In this document: piece by piece, positions 1-8,583 of the stretch
How positions within the stretch are numbered: position 1 is the stretch's first letter
Layout: each line of letters starts with the position of its first letter
Assembly: GCA_043802125.1 (NCBI GenBank)
Contig: JAZDLG010000036.1
Span: 1 to 63,275 of the forward strand
Direction: 5' to 3'
DNA: 63,275 nt
DNA from: Candidatus Omnitrophota bacterium
GTDB lineage: Bacteria; Omnitrophota; Gorgyraeia; Velamenicoccales; Velamenicoccaceae
Made by a program: the position numbers and the translations under genes
Notes under the pieces: model-generated
The model's database searches: none
The model's input: only the letters and a program-made list of their open reading frames with translations
Told to the model about the DNA's origin: nothing

Positions 1-9
1 TGGCCTCAT

Positions 10-579
10 TTAATTATATGAATAGCCGCGATATTGAGCGCTGGAGTTCAACGTGACCTGAGGATTCGTATAATTTGCCGCTAATGAAGCGTTCTTTCTT
101 AAAGTGACAGATATATTAGATACACCGTTTACCGGAGCAGAAATGGAAAACTGTGCAGCCCTATTTGTCAATTGCGTATAGCTACCAGTAGTGCTGTCCG
201 GACGATAATCCAAAGTATAATTTGAAACATTGTAGCGATATTCAGCAAATCTATCACCGCTATCTGCCAAGCCGTTGCTGTTAAGATCTCTTCTTATCTG
301 ATATCGGCTAATTCCACCGGACAAAATGTAGTTATAAGGATAATCAGCCGCAACATTGACAACATCACCAACAGCCTGGTTGATATCTTTAGTCACCATC
401 GTCATAATTGGCACAGCCTCGGCTAAAAGTTGAGCCTCAGAATCTGTGGACGAAAATATGCGCCTCATACCCAACTCCATAGAAAGGCCGGTCAATATAA
501 TGATGTTCAATAATATTATAGCCAGTACGAGCTCTACTAGCGTCATAGCTCTCTTATCGGATCTAAATTGTTGTATCAT
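10..579 (-). CDS. minor pseudopilin with prepilin-type N-terminal helix (GspJ/PilW-like)
   Basis: N-terminus ...SDKRAMTLVELVLAIILLNIIIL is a methylation-motif-type hydrophobic helix with Glu at +5. It is the last gene of the pilin block. ATG at 579 is preferred over the TTG at 588 used by the track. Confidence 0.5.
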   Translation of the reverse strand: MIQQFRSDKRAMTLVELVLAIILLNIIILTGLSMELGMRRIFSSTDSEAQLLAEAVPIMTMVTKDINQAVGDVVNVAADYPYNYILSGGISRYQIRRDLNSNGLADSGDRFAEYRYNVSNYTLDYRPDSTTGSYTQLTNRAAQFSISAPVNGVSNISVTLRKNASLAANYTNPQVTLNSSAQYRGYSYN

Positions 580-919
580 TCCACGCAACCTGTACAGTTA
601 CTTTCCTGTAAGTAGCAGTGCCCGTGCCGCTATCAACTCTATAACGCACACTGTATGGAGGGTATGCTGTTGTATCCCATGCCCTCCACGTTCCGGTAGC
701 GTCAAAAAGGCCTGAGGGCGTATAGAACGTGACAGCATCTACCAAAGATCTCATCCTCTCTATTTCAGCCCTGGCTATTTCAACTGCCGTAACTCTGGTT
801 TTAGAGCGCGCCACAAGGTAGCGTGAAGACACAAGCACGCTAAAAATACCCGCGGCCAGCAAAGCCAAAATAACCGTGGAGACCATGATTTCAACAAGCG
901 TAAACCCGTTTTTCCTCAT
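563..919 (-). CDS. pseudopilin, GspI/PilV-like
   Basis: MRKNG|FTLVEIMVSTVILALL is a prepilin cleavage/methylation motif. The protein is small with a beta-rich C-terminus (YRKVTVQVAWND). The ATG at 919 forms an ATGA overlap with the upstream stop; the track start at 925 is GTG. Confidence 0.6.
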   Translation of the reverse strand: MRKNGFTLVEIMVSTVILALLAAGIFSVLVSSRYLVARSKTRVTAVEIARAEIERMRSLVDAVTFYTPSGLFDATGTWRAWDTTAYPPYSVRYRVDSGTGTATYRKVTVQVAWNDTTI

Positions 920-1323
920 AAGCACGTACCAGAACAGCTGGGATCAGTCGCGCTCTGACTAATACTCCATGTCCTGCCGCCCCTAGTAGCAGTCGCAGTG
1001 AATGTCGTTCCGCCGCTGCCTGTGACCGCGTAAGACCAACTTGCGCTATTAAGGTCAAGGCTTAAATTATTGTTGATAGCGGATAGGCTCGTTATAGAAC
1101 CCGAAAAAGGAACATATTTATTATATCTGGCAAAATATTGTTTATTAGCCGCGCGCACTAATTTTAAAGCAGATATTGCCTCCTTGTCTACGGCTTTCTC
1201 TTTCGTATTCGTATAAGTGGGTATGGCTATGGCCGACAATATGCCAATGATAACGACAACGATCATTAATTCAATAAGAGTAAAACCGTAAAATTTTTTA
1301 CTGCTTAAACATTCGTTATACAT
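916..1323 (-). CDS. type IV pilin-like protein
   Basis: Leader ...KKFYG|FTLIELMIVVVIIGILSAIAIPTY is a canonical type IV pilin N-terminus. There is a C-terminal Cys pair (PSCSGTC). It overlaps the upstream gene by 8 nt. Confidence 0.7.
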   Translation of the reverse strand: MYNECLSSKKFYGFTLIELMIVVVIIGILSAIAIPTYTNTKEKAVDKEAISALKLVRAANKQYFARYNKYVPFSGSITSLSAINNNLSLDLNSASWSYAVTGSGGTTFTATATRGGRTWSISQSATDPSCSGTCL

Positions 1324-1726
1324 ATGGTGGCGTACCTCCGAGAACTCCGTTTTGGGTTATATTCAACACATAAGCAACACCACCCGGAGAATTAGGTGCC
1401 TTTCCGCCAGAAGTGCATCTAGTAGCGCTGGCTATAAAACTCGCGCCGCCTCCGGAGATACTGTAATTATAATAAAAACTGGTATTACATGATGTGGGAA
1501 TACCCAGGGATAACATGGCGATATTGGTCGTATAAGAGTCATATTCCAAATAATAACCGAGCTCTGTGGCGCGTATCTGTCCTAAAACATTCTTGGCTTC
1601 GGCGGTGCGGCTCTTTTCCGCGACAAGTATATAGCGCGGCCAGGCTATAGAAACCAAAACACCTATAACCACGACGACAATCATGAGTTCCATCAATGTA
1701 AAACCAATTATCTTATGTGCCTTCAT
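1316..1726 (-). CDS. type IV pilin/GspG-like pseudopilin
   Basis: MKAHKIIG|FTLMELMIVVVVIGVL followed by AEKSRTAEAKNVLGQIR. There is a Cys pair in the C-terminal region (TSC...RCTSG). Confidence 0.7.
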   Translation of the reverse strand: MKAHKIIGFTLMELMIVVVVIGVLVSIAWPRYILVAEKSRTAEAKNVLGQIRATELGYYLEYDSYTTNIAMLSLGIPTSCNTSFYYNYSISGGGASFIASATRCTSGGKAPNSPGGVAYVLNITQNGVLGGTPPYV

Positions 1727-1747
1727 AACTATAACCTAAGTTTACTG

Positions 1748-2737
1748 CTACAGTAAACTTAGCTTTCTGTAGCAGTAAAAACAACTGTTAAAATCAGCGT
1801 CCTTCTTCTGGCTTGTTTGATCGTTGAAATCTTCTATCCTTGATATCAGCAAGCGGTGTATATTTTCAGAAAAAAGCTTAAAACCCTCATGGAATGAAAC
1901 GTCGCGAAGCGAAACTATCCTTAAGCGTTTTTCTACTTCGCCCGCCAGATCATACTGAGTCATAAAACAACAAAAATGCACGCTGCCGTCTACGTCTAAG
2001 GTAACGACGCGCAAAGACTGATTATTGCACATAACGATATTATTTGAAGCAAAAATAGACTCTGCAATATAAACCGGTACATAAAACAACCTGAAGAAAT
2101 CCATGGAACTGACACGCGAGAGCCTTATTAACTCCTGGTGTATCTTTGACCTTTGCTGCTCGCTTAAGATAAGCTCATTGTCTTTTGTGTTAGTGCATGG
2201 TAATGCCGTAGAGAAAAAGATCTGACTGGCTTTATGCTTTCTTGCAAAACGCACAAGATTAATAGGCCCCTCGCAATTAAGCTTGTTCAAACACGTAAGG
2301 ATGCCGAACGGCAATCTTCTCGACCTGCAAAAATCAAAAGCGCCCAATACTTGCTCAAAAGTGCCAACGCCTCGTATCTTCTCGTGAATATCTCTATAAA
2401 GGCTATCAAGGCTGATATTAAGCAGGCGTATTGTCTTTTTATACCGTTCTATAAGCTCAGCATTTTTTTTAAGGAGCAGGCCGTTAGTTGAAAAAGTGAC
2501 AGGGATATCATTATCCTGAGCCATCTTAAGAACCTGCGGCAAGGCTTCATATAAAAAAGGCTCGCCGCCTGTAAGATGGATACTATCTAAACCGAATCGC
2601 TTGGCGCCAGTTACCGCTTTTTCTAATATATCAAACGGTAATTGTTGTACTTTAACATCGCCTCTCAAACAATGTTTACAGTTCAAGTTACACGCCGTTG
2701 TCGTCACTAAAGCCAAGCTTATCACAAAGACCCTCAA
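1748..2737 (-). CDS. radical SAM enzyme with C-terminal twitch/partial-SPASM Cys motifs
   Basis: CNLNCKHC (CxxxCxxC) lies near the N-terminus and a GGEPF motif is present (LTGGEPFLY). The C-terminal domain carries C-x13-G-x4-CC and CFYC. The start codon is TTG or a nearby GTG. Confidence 0.75.
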   Translation of the reverse strand: MRVFVISLALVTTTACNLNCKHCLRGDVKVQQLPFDILEKAVTGAKRFGLDSIHLTGGEPFLYEALPQVLKMAQDNDIPVTFSTNGLLLKKNAELIERYKKTIRLLNISLDSLYRDIHEKIRGVGTFEQVLGAFDFCRSRRLPFGILTCLNKLNCEGPINLVRFARKHKASQIFFSTALPCTNTKDNELILSEQQRSKIHQELIRLSRVSSMDFFRLFYVPVYIAESIFASNNIVMCNNQSLRVVTLDVDGSVHFCCFMTQYDLAGEVEKRLRIVSLRDVSFHEGFKLFSENIHRLLISRIEDFNDQTSQKKDADFNSCFYCYRKLSLL

Positions 2738-2863
2738 TTTGCGCTTAGAAAAAAGATGCCCCAGTGCGACACATTAGCTCTAACGCTAACTCTTATTGCA
2801 CCGGAGCATTTTTGTAAAGACTGCGCTATGCGCAGCTTTGCGCAGCTATTCGCAAATACGCTG

Positions 2864-3268
2864 TTACATTACTGTTTGTGCCGTTGCATCGCCTGTCATG
2901 TTACCGGCTTGGCTTATATTAATAACATAGCCGCCTAATCCTGGATTGTCTACGGCATTCCTTGTAGCAGTAGAAACAACCGTAGTTTCGACACCGATAG
3001 CGCCTCCACCAACAGCAGTGATTGTAAAGTATTTTGGCGTCTGGAATGTTAGGTCAAGTTCTGTAAGGGTACCAGTAAAAAGACCTCTCTCCGCGGAATA
3101 TCTCATCTGTGAGCTCCTGACCTGCCCTAACAGAGCCTTTGCTTCAGCAACTCTACCCTTCTCAGCTATCTTGATATATCTGGGCAAAGCTATAGATGCT
3201 AAAATACCAATGACGATAACCACGATGATAAGTTCAAGTAACGTGAAACCTCTCTTGTCTTTACGCAT
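2864..3268 (-). CDS. type IV pilin/GspG-like, candidate major pilin
   Basis: MRKDKRG|FTLLELIIVVIVIGILASIALPRY followed by AEKGRVAEAKALLGQVR. It has its own sigma70-like promoter and a very strong SD (GGGAGGGAGGAATAAGATG). It contains no Cys. Confidence 0.75.
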   Translation of the reverse strand: MRKDKRGFTLLELIIVVIVIGILASIALPRYIKIAEKGRVAEAKALLGQVRSSQMRYSAERGLFTGTLTELDLTFQTPKYFTITAVGGGAIGVETTVVSTATRNAVDNPGLGGYVINISQAGNMTGDATAQTVM

Positions 3269-3292
3269 CTTATTCCTCCCTCCCTGTTTACT

Positions 3293-3321
3293 TGTTTATT
3301 TGTTTATTTCCCTATTGTCAA
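3293..3321 (-). promoter_or_regulatory. sigma70-like promoter for the candidate major pilin gene
   Basis: On the minus strand: TTGACA, 17 nt, TAAACA. This sits upstream of the strong SD. Three AAATAAAC-like 8-mers overlap the spacer and -10. Confidence 0.45.
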
Positions 3322-3423
3322 AAAAATCACCAAACTTATAACTGCCCTATCCACTAGGCCACCTCCCTTAATTATCTTGCGAAGGTTGATTAATATTAAC
3401 ATTAATATTGATATTAGTCAACA

Positions 3424-4665
3424 TCAACTTGTTTTCATGAACGCTATGCTAAAGATCGGCATAAAGATGGCTATGACCATGGCTCCGATGATGATACCGA
3501 TAAAGACTATCATAAGCGGCTCAAAAATAGAAGCCAGGCGCGTGACAAAGGTCTCAAGATACTCCTGATAAAATTTTGCCACCCTTTTGAGCATATTGGA
3601 TAATTCGCCGATCTCCTCGCCTATGGCAACCATTTGAACAAGCATAGGCGTAAAAAAATCGCTCTTTTCCATAGGCGCTGCCATGCTGCGGCCTTCCTTG
3701 ACGCTCTTCTTGATAAACTGAATAGTGTCAGCCATCCTTATGGAACCTGCGCTGCGCTCTGAAATCTCAAGCGCGTAAAGAATAGGCACACCGCTCTCTA
3801 TCAATATAGACATCGTAGTCGTAAACCTTTCAAGCAAAAGATAGCGGAAGAACTCTCCGAAGACAGGGACTTTAAATTTAATATCCTCTATTACTTTATT
3901 AAACGGGGGTTTATTGTTAAAGTGTTTATACAAATAGACAAATCCTGTTATAGCGCCGATAATAAGAAAGAAGTTTTTTGTCAAAAATTTACTCATATCT
4001 ATCAGAAGCCTCGTGGCCAGGGGCAGCGGTACGCCAAAAGAATCCAGGATCGTTGCAAAAGTCGGCACTATCTTTAAAATAAAGAACAGGACCGCGGAGA
4101 TAGCGACAAAAAGCAGGATACCAGGATAGACAAGGGCTGAGATGATCTTGCGTTGAAAACCGACGCTCTCTTCCAGATAAAAAGCGAGCTTATCCAATAC
4201 GTTCGGAAGATTACCGCTCGCTTCACCCGTCTCTACCAAATTGACCCATAAAGGAGAAAATACTTCCGGATATTTCGCCAAGGAATCTCTTAATGTCCTG
4301 CCTCCCTCCATATCCTGCCGGATCTGGCCTATTATGCCAAAAAGTTTTTTGCTGTCCACTTGTTTTGATATGACATCCAAAGACCGCAAGAGGCTGACAC
4401 CCGCGCCGAGCAACATAGCCAACTGGCGCGCAAAAAGCACGAGGTCATTGGCGTTTATACCGGAATGAGTGAATTGCTTTTTTACCCTACCTGGTTCTCT
4501 TATAAAATCAGTATCTTTTTTCCCTACGTCAAACGGTATTATAGATGTTACGAAAAGCCCTTTCTTCTGAAGCTGGGAAACTACGTCGTCCTGGCTCGGG
4601 CCTTCAATCACACCAGCTTCTTTTTCTCCGGTGCTCTTGCGGCAGATATAAGAGAACTTGGGCAT
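3424..4665 (-). CDS. pilC: type IV pilus/T2SS platform protein (GspF/PilC family)
   Basis: 413 aa with two T2SSF-type repeats and three TM segments. It shares 1 nt with the pilB stop. Confidence 0.9.
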   Translation of the reverse strand: MPKFSYICRKSTGEKEAGVIEGPSQDDVVSQLQKKGLFVTSIIPFDVGKKDTDFIREPGRVKKQFTHSGINANDLVLFARQLAMLLGAGVSLLRSLDVISKQVDSKKLFGIIGQIRQDMEGGRTLRDSLAKYPEVFSPLWVNLVETGEASGNLPNVLDKLAFYLEESVGFQRKIISALVYPGILLFVAISAVLFFILKIVPTFATILDSFGVPLPLATRLLIDMSKFLTKNFFLIIGAITGFVYLYKHFNNKPPFNKVIEDIKFKVPVFGEFFRYLLLERFTTTMSILIESGVPILYALEISERSAGSIRMADTIQFIKKSVKEGRSMAAPMEKSDFFTPMLVQMVAIGEEIGELSNMLKRVAKFYQEYLETFVTRLASIFEPLMIVFIGIIIGAMVIAIFMPIFSIAFMKTS

Positions 4666-6377
4666 TATTCTACTCCGATGGTCGCGCTCAATGCTTCTTC
4701 AAGGGAAGTCGTGCCATCTTGCACTTTTTTTAAACCGCTTTCATAAAGAGTGGACATGCCGTGCGCGCAAGCGATCTTTTTTAACTCCTGGGCATTTACA
4801 TTTGCTACGATATGCGACCGTATCTCATCATCTACAAACAAAACTTCTCCTATGCATGTCCTTCCTCTATAGCCGATGTGATTACATTTATCGCACCCTT
4901 TAGCGCGATAAATAAGATCCTGCCCAAGGTTGAACCTCTCTCTCTCTTCTGGGGATGGCTCAAAAGCTTCCTTACACTCTGAGCAGAGCCGACGCACCAA
5001 ACGCTGTGCCACTATGAGGACAATAGAAGGCATCAATAAATATGGCTCCACCCCTATGTCTATCAATCTGGTTATGGCAGAAGCCGCATCGTTCGTATGC
5101 AGCGTGCTCAACACTAAATGCCCTGTGAGCGCCGAGCGCACGCAGATCTGAGCGGTCTCAAGATCCCTGACCTCACCTACCATCATGATATCCGGGTCCT
5201 GCCTTAAAAAAGACCGTAAGGCCGATGCAAATGTAAGCCCGATCTCTGGTTTTATCTGGACCTGGTTAATACCCTCCATATGGTATTCAACAGGGTCCTC
5301 AACGGTGACTATATTTTTCGTCGGAGTCTTGATCTCGTTTAAAGCGGCATAAAGGCTTGTAGATTTGCCGCTGCCGGTGGGGCCTGTCATAAAGATCAAA
5401 CCGTACGGCATACGGATGGCCTTTCGAAACCCCTCTAACTGCTGAGAATGAAATCCCATCTGAGCCAGGTCTAAAGTCACGCCTTCTTTATCCAGGATCC
5501 TCATGACGATCTTTTCACCATAAATGGTGGGCATGACAGAGATACGAAGGTCTATATTCCTTCCTTCTATTTTGACTGTAAAACCGCCATCTTGAGGCAA
5601 TCGTTTTTCAGCAATATCCAGCTTAGCAAGTATCTTTATCCTGGAAATTATAGGCAGGTGCAAATGCTTGGCAGGAGGCGGGATCTCATGAAGCACTCCG
5701 TCAATTCTATAACGCAAGCTTATCTTTTCCTTAAAAGGCTCTATGTGGATATCAGATGCCCTTTCATCAATGGCCTGCTTGATTATCAGGTCCACAAGCT
5801 TGACAACAGGCGCTTCTTCAGCTCGCGCGATAAGACGGTCAATGCTTAATTCTTCGGCTTCTATCTCTAATGCCGGTTCAAAATCATCCGTCGTTTTATA
5901 AGAATCTTTGACCGCCGCTTTCAGTATATCCCTCTTACCATAAAAATCATCTATGGCTTTTAATACCTCTGACTTAGTAGCCACAACCGGATTGATCTCA
6001 CAATTCGTCATCTTGCGTAGATTATCTATGAGGATGATGTCTAACGGGTCGGTAATGGCGCAAGTCAAAGAATTCATATTTTTTGACAAAGGCAGGACTA
6101 AATTTTTAATAGCGAATTCTTTGGATATCAGACTGTCAAGGTTTTGATCTGCGGAGGGTTTTAAAAGGCCCGCGCCCATTGAGACATAAGGAAGGTTGAG
6201 CTGTTTACCTAAAGCTATTACAACGTCTTCTTCGGTCGCAAACCCCAGCTTAAGAAGGATCTCACCTAATCTTCCTCCCTCTTTAGCCTGGATCTTTATG
6301 ACCTCATCAAGTTGGCCCTGGGTTATAATGCCTTCCTTGATAAGGATCTCGCCTAATTTTAAATATGCCCTTGCCAT
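4665..6377 (-). CDS. pilB: type IV pilus/T2SS assembly ATPase (GspE/PilB family) with N-terminal MshEN-type domain
   Basis: Walker A GPTGSGKST, a tetracysteine cluster (CSECK...CDKC) and a T2SSE core. The N-terminus has two tandem 24-residue RLGxxLLxxG motifs. The ATG at 6377 lies 4 nt after the secretin stop. Confidence 0.9.
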   Translation of the reverse strand: MARAYLKLGEILIKEGIITQGQLDEVIKIQAKEGGRLGEILLKLGFATEEDVVIALGKQLNLPYVSMGAGLLKPSADQNLDSLISKEFAIKNLVLPLSKNMNSLTCAITDPLDIILIDNLRKMTNCEINPVVATKSEVLKAIDDFYGKRDILKAAVKDSYKTTDDFEPALEIEAEELSIDRLIARAEEAPVVKLVDLIIKQAIDERASDIHIEPFKEKISLRYRIDGVLHEIPPPAKHLHLPIISRIKILAKLDIAEKRLPQDGGFTVKIEGRNIDLRISVMPTIYGEKIVMRILDKEGVTLDLAQMGFHSQQLEGFRKAIRMPYGLIFMTGPTGSGKSTSLYAALNEIKTPTKNIVTVEDPVEYHMEGINQVQIKPEIGLTFASALRSFLRQDPDIMMVGEVRDLETAQICVRSALTGHLVLSTLHTNDAASAITRLIDIGVEPYLLMPSIVLIVAQRLVRRLCSECKEAFEPSPEERERFNLGQDLIYRAKGCDKCNHIGYRGRTCIGEVLFVDDEIRSHIVANVNAQELKKIACAHGMSTLYESGLKKVQDGTTSLEEALSATIGVE

Positions 6378-6381
6378 GCGC

Positions 6382-7938
6382 TCAATTGTCCCATCTTTCC
6401 AACATGTTGTCAACCGCTTCCTTCCTGGAAACAGCCGAAGACTGCTCTCTATAAGGCATAAGGCCGGAAGAGGTTATGTCATTCTTGGCAAAAGTACTGG
6501 CATTATCAAAACCTATTATGCGCGGCGTGATAAAAACGATCAATTCTCTTTCTTCTTTTGTGCTATTCTTATGCCGGAATAGCGCGCCGATAATAGGGAT
6601 ATCCCCCACAATAGGCATTTTACTTATTGTAGTCTCTTCATTTGTCCTGATCAAACCACCAACAACTATGGTCTCTCCGTCTTTGACCATAAGCGTAGTG
6701 GAAGATGACCTTACTTCAGGATCCTTAAAAGTCGTGCCCCCAAAAGTACCCCCTGACCTTGCCTGAGAAACCGTAGGCTTGATAAACATGGTCACAGTGC
6801 CTGTAGCAGGGTCAACCTGCGGCGTCACATTAAGAGAAATGCCTGTCTCGTATCTCTCGGCCTCCTGGGTCTGAGTGGATGCCCCTTGAGCTGATTGTGT
6901 AGTCGTCTTCAAACCGACTGCTTCATTAGTAGTGATCTTGATCTCTGCGGTCTCATTACTCAAAGAAAGTATCCTCGGCCTCGCTAAGAATTTTGTTTTA
7001 GTGTCCGTGGTCAAATAATCCAGAACAGCCTGAAAAACAGCTGCGCTTAGAGTGCCATATGTGAAAGAAGGTGTAGCGAGACCCGACAAATCCTGTCCTT
7101 TCCACATAAAATTAGGAAACTTCGTAGGAACGGACGAACCGGTAAGCGACATAAGTCCAGGCGTTGTTTTGACACCCATCTGGTCAACAGTCCTTTTAGA
7201 AACATCAAGCATTTCTACCTCTATCATCACCTGGGGCGTGGGAACATCCAATAAAGCGACCACTCTATCAATAAGCTCAAATTGACTGGGAATATCAGTG
7301 ACGATCAGGCTGTTCGTGCGCGGATCCTGCATGACTTTCCCGTATGATGTCATTACTCCCTTTATTGAAGATTCAATGCCTGTTTCACCACCGCCTTCAC
7401 CTCCGGCACCGGCCTGGGCTCCGCCACTGCTAGCCGATCCTCCGCCTGCTGCTGCAGCGCCGCCTCCTGCGGCAGACCCTTTTGCGCTACCTGCAGAAAT
7501 AGCCTTTTGAAGAGTTGAAGAAGCGAGCCTCGTATATTTTAAGTTGTATACTTTGGTGATCGTCTCAACTTCCGGCCTGCCCCATTCTTTAACGATAAAG
7601 ACATTACTGCCGGGTTCAAGCTCATAGATAAGATTATTTGCGGACATGATCTTATCCATGGCCTCTTGAAGCGGAACATTATCTAAAAATAAAGTTATAC
7701 TCCTGTCCTGAACTACCTGTGAAGCTATAAAATTCAGGCCGGCCTGTTCCGAGAATACTTTTAAAATAGTCTTTAAACTCGCGTCTCTGAAATCCATTGA
7801 GATCTTACGGTAAGATTCCTTGCTGATGAGATCCGGCGCGTAGAAATCAAAATCAACAGCCAACGCGATAGGAACAAAAAGAGCGATCAAAGATAATAAT
7901 GACACGCCTAATAACTTCACAGTATTTCTATTTTTCAT
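6382..7938 (-). CDS. pilQ: secretin (PilQ/GspD family)
   Basis: Signal peptide, secretin N-domains (NSLIVTDIPSQFELIDRVV) and a C-terminal secretin motif (PIVGDIPIIGALFRHK...ELIVFITPRII). There is an internal Gly/Ala/Ser-rich low-complexity linker. Confidence 0.9.
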   Translation of the reverse strand: MKNRNTVKLLGVSLLSLIALFVPIALAVDFDFYAPDLISKESYRKISMDFRDASLKTILKVFSEQAGLNFIASQVVQDRSITLFLDNVPLQEAMDKIMSANNLIYELEPGSNVFIVKEWGRPEVETITKVYNLKYTRLASSTLQKAISAGSAKGSAAGGGAAAAGGGSASSGGAQAGAGGEGGGETGIESSIKGVMTSYGKVMQDPRTNSLIVTDIPSQFELIDRVVALLDVPTPQVMIEVEMLDVSKRTVDQMGVKTTPGLMSLTGSSVPTKFPNFMWKGQDLSGLATPSFTYGTLSAAVFQAVLDYLTTDTKTKFLARPRILSLSNETAEIKITTNEAVGLKTTTQSAQGASTQTQEAERYETGISLNVTPQVDPATGTVTMFIKPTVSQARSGGTFGGTTFKDPEVRSSSTTLMVKDGETIVVGGLIRTNEETTISKMPIVGDIPIIGALFRHKNSTKEERELIVFITPRIIGFDNASTFAKNDITSSGLMPYREQSSAVSRKEAVDNMLERWDN

Positions 7939-7995
7939 CTTGTCCCCCTTAGACCCTTCCTTTACACGGAATTAGGAAAGTCTGCACTTTTTGTG

Positions 7996-8463
7996 TTATT
8001 TGCCGGCTACACCTTCTCTTTTCATTAAATATTGCTTATCCTTAAATTCAAAGAGTATTCCATCCTTGGTTATATTAAGTATTTTAGCTTCGTTGACGAC
8101 ATCTCCGATGCCCATGACCTGGTCGTTGATGATCGCTTTGGGCATATTATTCCCCCATACCGACCCAGTAACTCGCAAAGAAGAATAATCAAATTTGTCC
8201 TCTGAAGCGCCTGAAGACGCATCAAGCGACCCGCCTGCGCCGTATATCTCCTGCACGGCAGGCTCTTCATCAAGCGGGGTATATGGTTGGAATGGATTTT
8301 TTGAGCCTTGTTCATCATCAACAGGTGAAGCTGATATATTCTGCTCCAGAGCAGCCTCTTTTGTATTTTCTACTTGAGGATAAGCATATGGCATTCCTAT
8401 AAAAAAAGTTATCATGGCAAGCATACACGGACAAATAATAAATGTTTTAATGTTTTTATACAT
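7996..8463 (-). CDS. PilP/GspC-HR-like periplasmic pilus assembly protein
   Basis: N-terminal signal/anchor and an acidic linker. The C-terminal beta-domain is LRVTGSVWGNNMPKAIINDQVMGIGDVV...ILNITKDGILF. It sits between the PilO-like gene and the secretin. Confidence 0.4.
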   Translation of the reverse strand: MYKNIKTFIICPCMLAMITFFIGMPYAYPQVENTKEAALEQNISASPVDDEQGSKNPFQPYTPLDEEPAVQEIYGAGGSLDASSGASEDKFDYSSLRVTGSVWGNNMPKAIINDQVMGIGDVVNEAKILNITKDGILFEFKDKQYLMKREGVAGK

Positions 8464-8473
8464 ATGCGTTATT

Positions 8474-8583
8474 GCCTACGCCTGATACCCCACAATAAAT
8501 TGCATGGATGCGGGCGTAGGGATTGAAGTATTGTAAAAAACTTTATGTACACCCTGCGGCTTGCCGCAGGGGGCTTCATTTCA
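8474..8583 (-). repeat. intergenic element family B, copy 1
   Basis: Minus-strand reading: AAATGAAG, then hairpin CCCCCTGCGG-caag-CCGCAGGG, a spacer, then CAATCCCTACGCC, a 30-nt loop and GGCGTAGG. Roughly three quarters identical by eye to 28523-28630. Confidence 0.8.

Noticed and set aside
2756-2938. Cys-rich 60-aa plus-strand ORF (MPQCDTLALTL...CLCRCIACH) next to the radical SAM gene, considered as a RiPP precursor.
   Set aside because: It is on the opposite strand to every other gene. It has no SD. Its second half is antisense to the pilin gene 3' end. The Cys codons arise from the GC-rich hairpin repeats (TGCGCAGC) in the spacer.
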